DNA of 64,000 nucleotides from Kondoa subrosea (Eukaryota): NCBI GenBank assembly GCA_039545335.1, contig BCIN01000001.1, positions 3,785,136 to 3,849,135 of the forward strand, read 5' to 3'. Shown piece by piece: positions 61,075 to 64,000 of this stretch (position 1 is its first letter; each line of letters starts with the position of its first letter). The notes under the pieces were generated by a model. It saw only the letters and a program-made list of their open reading frames with translations, ran no database searches and was not told where the DNA came from. The position numbers and the translations under genes were made by a program.

Positions 61075-63724
61075 CTAGCTGATTACGCAGAACTCATCCC
61101 TTTCGGCAAACATGCGGGAGATCTCGAATGGTCGATCTCTGCCTCTTCGCTGATCTGCTTCACGCCAAGCTCGGTGTTTCTGTGCGCTGTCCAAATCGGA
61201 TGAAGTGCTGAACGAATGCAAGACAACCCTGTTGGCGAGTCAGAAAGGTAAAAGATGATTCAATGAGCAATACTAACCTCGATTCGTCGAATTCCTGAAG
61301 CCGAGCATTATCAAAGTATAGCTGCTCAGAGTATTGCCACCCGTGAAGTCCGCGTCGAGGTCTGATCGATCGCACGGTCTCCATATCCAATGTTCTCGTC
61401 AGCGATCGACAATCAAGCGCTACTAATTCCGCTCCGCGTTTCTGTCGAGCTCTTGCGACTTGGATGAACTCCCGCTGGACTTCCTCTGAGATTCTTGTGT
61501 TGTCGATCACCAAGATTTTGAGAGCAGGGCAGCCTTGAATGACTTCAACAACAGCTTCATCAGTTAGATTTGTAGCGTATGATAGGATCAATTGCTCCAG
61601 TCGGGATCCAGGTAAGACTAATGTAGGAGAGCAGTCTTGAGGAGGCGTAAGAGTAGCAAGAAGACGATCGGTAATTTCGACAGCGCCTTCGAGATCCAAC
61701 TTTTGTATCAAGGGAGTTGTTTTGAAGAAAGTAATCAAGCCTTTGTCGTGCAGGTTCTTGATATTACTAGCTTGTAGAGTACGAAGACCGTTGACGGTAC
61801 CGGCCAGATGAGCGAAAGTTGCATCGGTGAGTAGACTACATCCGGAAAGGTTGAGCGATTGCAGTAAAAATTGACGCTTTCCGTCGACATCAGCAGCAGG
61901 AGTTGATTGTGGCCCGTGATGACGGCGGAAAGACCATCGAGAAGTAGAGATTGGCTTAATTTCTTGCTTGACGCCTTTGACCATATTGGCAAACCCGCGA
62001 TCAGTCAGGAAGACTGATTCAGATATGTCGAGATGAAGAAGCGAAGGAAAGGCGTCGGGTATGGCTTGAAGAACGATATCGAGCATGCCAGGTAATTTAG
62101 CTGCATGTAGAGTTTTGATATGAGATGACTTGGTAGGCTCCTTGACCAAAGCTGAAGCATCCAGATTAAGGCAGCGAGAGACATCGAGGGAATTGAGATA
62201 GCTTGCAGTATTGAAGAGATGACAAAGAAAAGCATCTGTTACGCCTGGCAAGCCACGGAAATTGCCTTCGTTGAGAAAAGGTGACGAGCATGCGATATGA
62301 TTCAGCACAGGTTCTGACAAAGACCGACAGCCTGTCCACCGAGATTAGATGGAATCAGCTTCAATTGCACAAACCTCACCAGAAAGGTTCAAAGTTGTCA
62401 AACTAGTTTGCCTCGTAGCCGCCAACTTGACCGAACAAGCTTCCAGCAAGTAAATCATCTGATCATTCTTCAACCCAACACATCCCTTGAGGCTCAAATA
62501 TCGCAAGAACGGTCCACTACTCTGGACGATCCTCAACAACCCTTCGAAACCAATACTAGCCGGACCAAATTCAGTCAAATCCAATCGTTTCCAAATCTGA
62601 CCATCTAAAGCCAAAGCAGCCCAATTCTTGCTCACACTTGAAATCCTAATCAATTCTCTTAATCCTTTTGATCTACCTACCCAACGTGCATTGAGATCTT
62701 GATCAGGTTCATGTTCGACTAAGAATAAAAGGGATTTAAAGATCTTTAATCGAACTTCTCTAGGTAAAGTATCGAAAGTAAGGATTTCGGGTGCAACAAG
62801 ATCTATTATTGGCGCGGGATGATAAGTTGGAAGAACAGGAGAAGTAGCATATCTTTGCCAACGAGGTCTTTCGGGTAAAACAAGGTTAAGAGGTTGTTGT
62901 TCCTGCTGATTAGGATGTTGGTCTTCGATTGTTTCGGCTGGTCGACTGGATTTCGTTCTTTTTGCCAATAAGCGTTTGACTAAAGCTCTTTTTGGCGGTC
63001 GACCTAGATCAGGATTAGATTGAGTGAGATCGGTTGTTGAACCATTTCGAGAAATCGCTGGACTGGATTCGCGAGATGAAGAAGGGGAATTTCGGTTGGA
63101 GTGAATACCAGATCGGCGGAGAGCTGGAGAAGTCAAAGGAGATCCAGAAGGAGTGCTCGTGAGACCATCAGTCGACCTATTTCTGCTTGATTTAGACCGA
63201 ATTGACAGGAAGAAACCGGAACCTCGTTTAGGAATGGTAGGCAAAGAAGAAGTAGAGGGAGAAGCATTGACAGAGCTTGATGGTACTGATAGGTTGTTTG
63301 TAGAGCTGTTGGTCGATTGTAGAGACCAGGGAGTAGGCAGGCCAGATGCACCGGGAGTCGATGCCCGAGATGAAGCGACTCGCTGATCAAAGTAGGAAGT
63401 CACTTGTCTGCGAGGGATCACTTCTTCCGGATCTTCCTCTTCCTCTACTAGATCGCCTTCTTCTTCTACTAGATCGCTAGGCAGGTGGACACTGGCAGAT
63501 AAGGAGCTTGATCGATAGCGATTCCCTTTGAATTGAGCACCGCCTTCTGATCGGGGTGAGCCATTGAGACTGCTGTAAACACTTGTAGCATCTGTTGAGT
63601 AGCCAGCTTCGCCGTCCGTGCTATCCGCACCAGTTGTGTACGTGCTCGCCAAAGTACTGATTGTATCGCTTCTTGTTCGATTGGCTATATTGGCTACATC
63701 TTGTTCCAATAGCGGTCTACTCAT
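61075..63724 (-). CDS. F-box/LRR protein with Ser-rich N-terminus and C-terminal CaaX box (FBXL2/FBXL20-like), 3 exons
   Basis: F-box FDTLPREVRLKIF..RISSVSKNWAALALDGQIWKRLDL, GPFLRYLSLKGC, many LRRs; last exon ends EFCVIS*. Confidence 0.88.
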
Positions 63725-64000
63725 TGTGCCAGGGGTTCGTTGCAGCAAGAAGAGGACTTTTGACGAGCCACAAGCTTGCCAAATGCCCAGACCTTTGAGT
63801 GCACGATGTGTGGGGTTCGAATTTGGGAGCCCGAAGCGAGATAAGGAAGAAGTGCAACGAGCAAGCTGCAGCTGAGCCTTGACGGTGGGCAGGATGATCC
63901 AGGAGCTTGCTATGTGCTATATACAGCCAACCGACCTCGCCGGAACTGATCAAGCTGCGGAATAAACTTGGATAGCAACCATCGGTCGCCGATAAACACA

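Noticed and set aside
1871..63953. Numerous 60-170 aa ORFs antisense or out of frame to the identified genes (e.g. 2134-2448, 4248-4568, 42192-42704, 59004-59432)
   Set aside because: Shadow ORFs of real coding exons with no independent motifs.
1..64000. Mating-type locus, transposons, rRNA/tRNA or CRISPR arrays
   Set aside because: No homeodomain, pheromone receptor, repeated CaaX pheromone precursor, transposase/RT motif, terminal repeat or structured-RNA signature was recognised by eye. Small snoRNAs or tRNAs cannot be excluded without Infernal or tRNAscan.

Overview
Eukaryotic, gene-dense and very intron-rich fungal DNA. Short 45-60 nt GT-AG introns and the gene set suggest a basidiomycete yeast-like genome; that taxon assignment is an inference. 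About 28 protein-coding genes can be reconstructed by manual splicing, most of them housekeeping: ANT1-like carrier, Tfc4, catalase, mitochondrial S15, Bud31, Tim8, Pus4, Cyp10, Ctf18, an ammonium transporter, an ABC1 kinase, Erj5, CaM kinase, a bZIP factor, a peroxisomal acyl-CoA ligase, Sec27, a Myb factor, a Mit1-like remodeler and two F-box/LRR proteins. No rRNA, tRNA, transposon or CRISPR was recognised. The most striking item is an uninterrupted 381-aa ORF (16630-17775, minus strand) between BUD31 and TIM8. It carries the full R-S-E motif set of bacterial-toxin-type mono-ADP-ribosyltransferases, including an aromatic-x-x-Q-x-E loop. Also notable: a RING-less PA-TM protein with an apparent frameshift, a GT92-like glycosyltransferase, several orphan proteins, and extreme splicing (3-9 nt microexons, a start codon split by an intron, GC-AG introns). 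Exon boundaries were read by eye; no database search was run.
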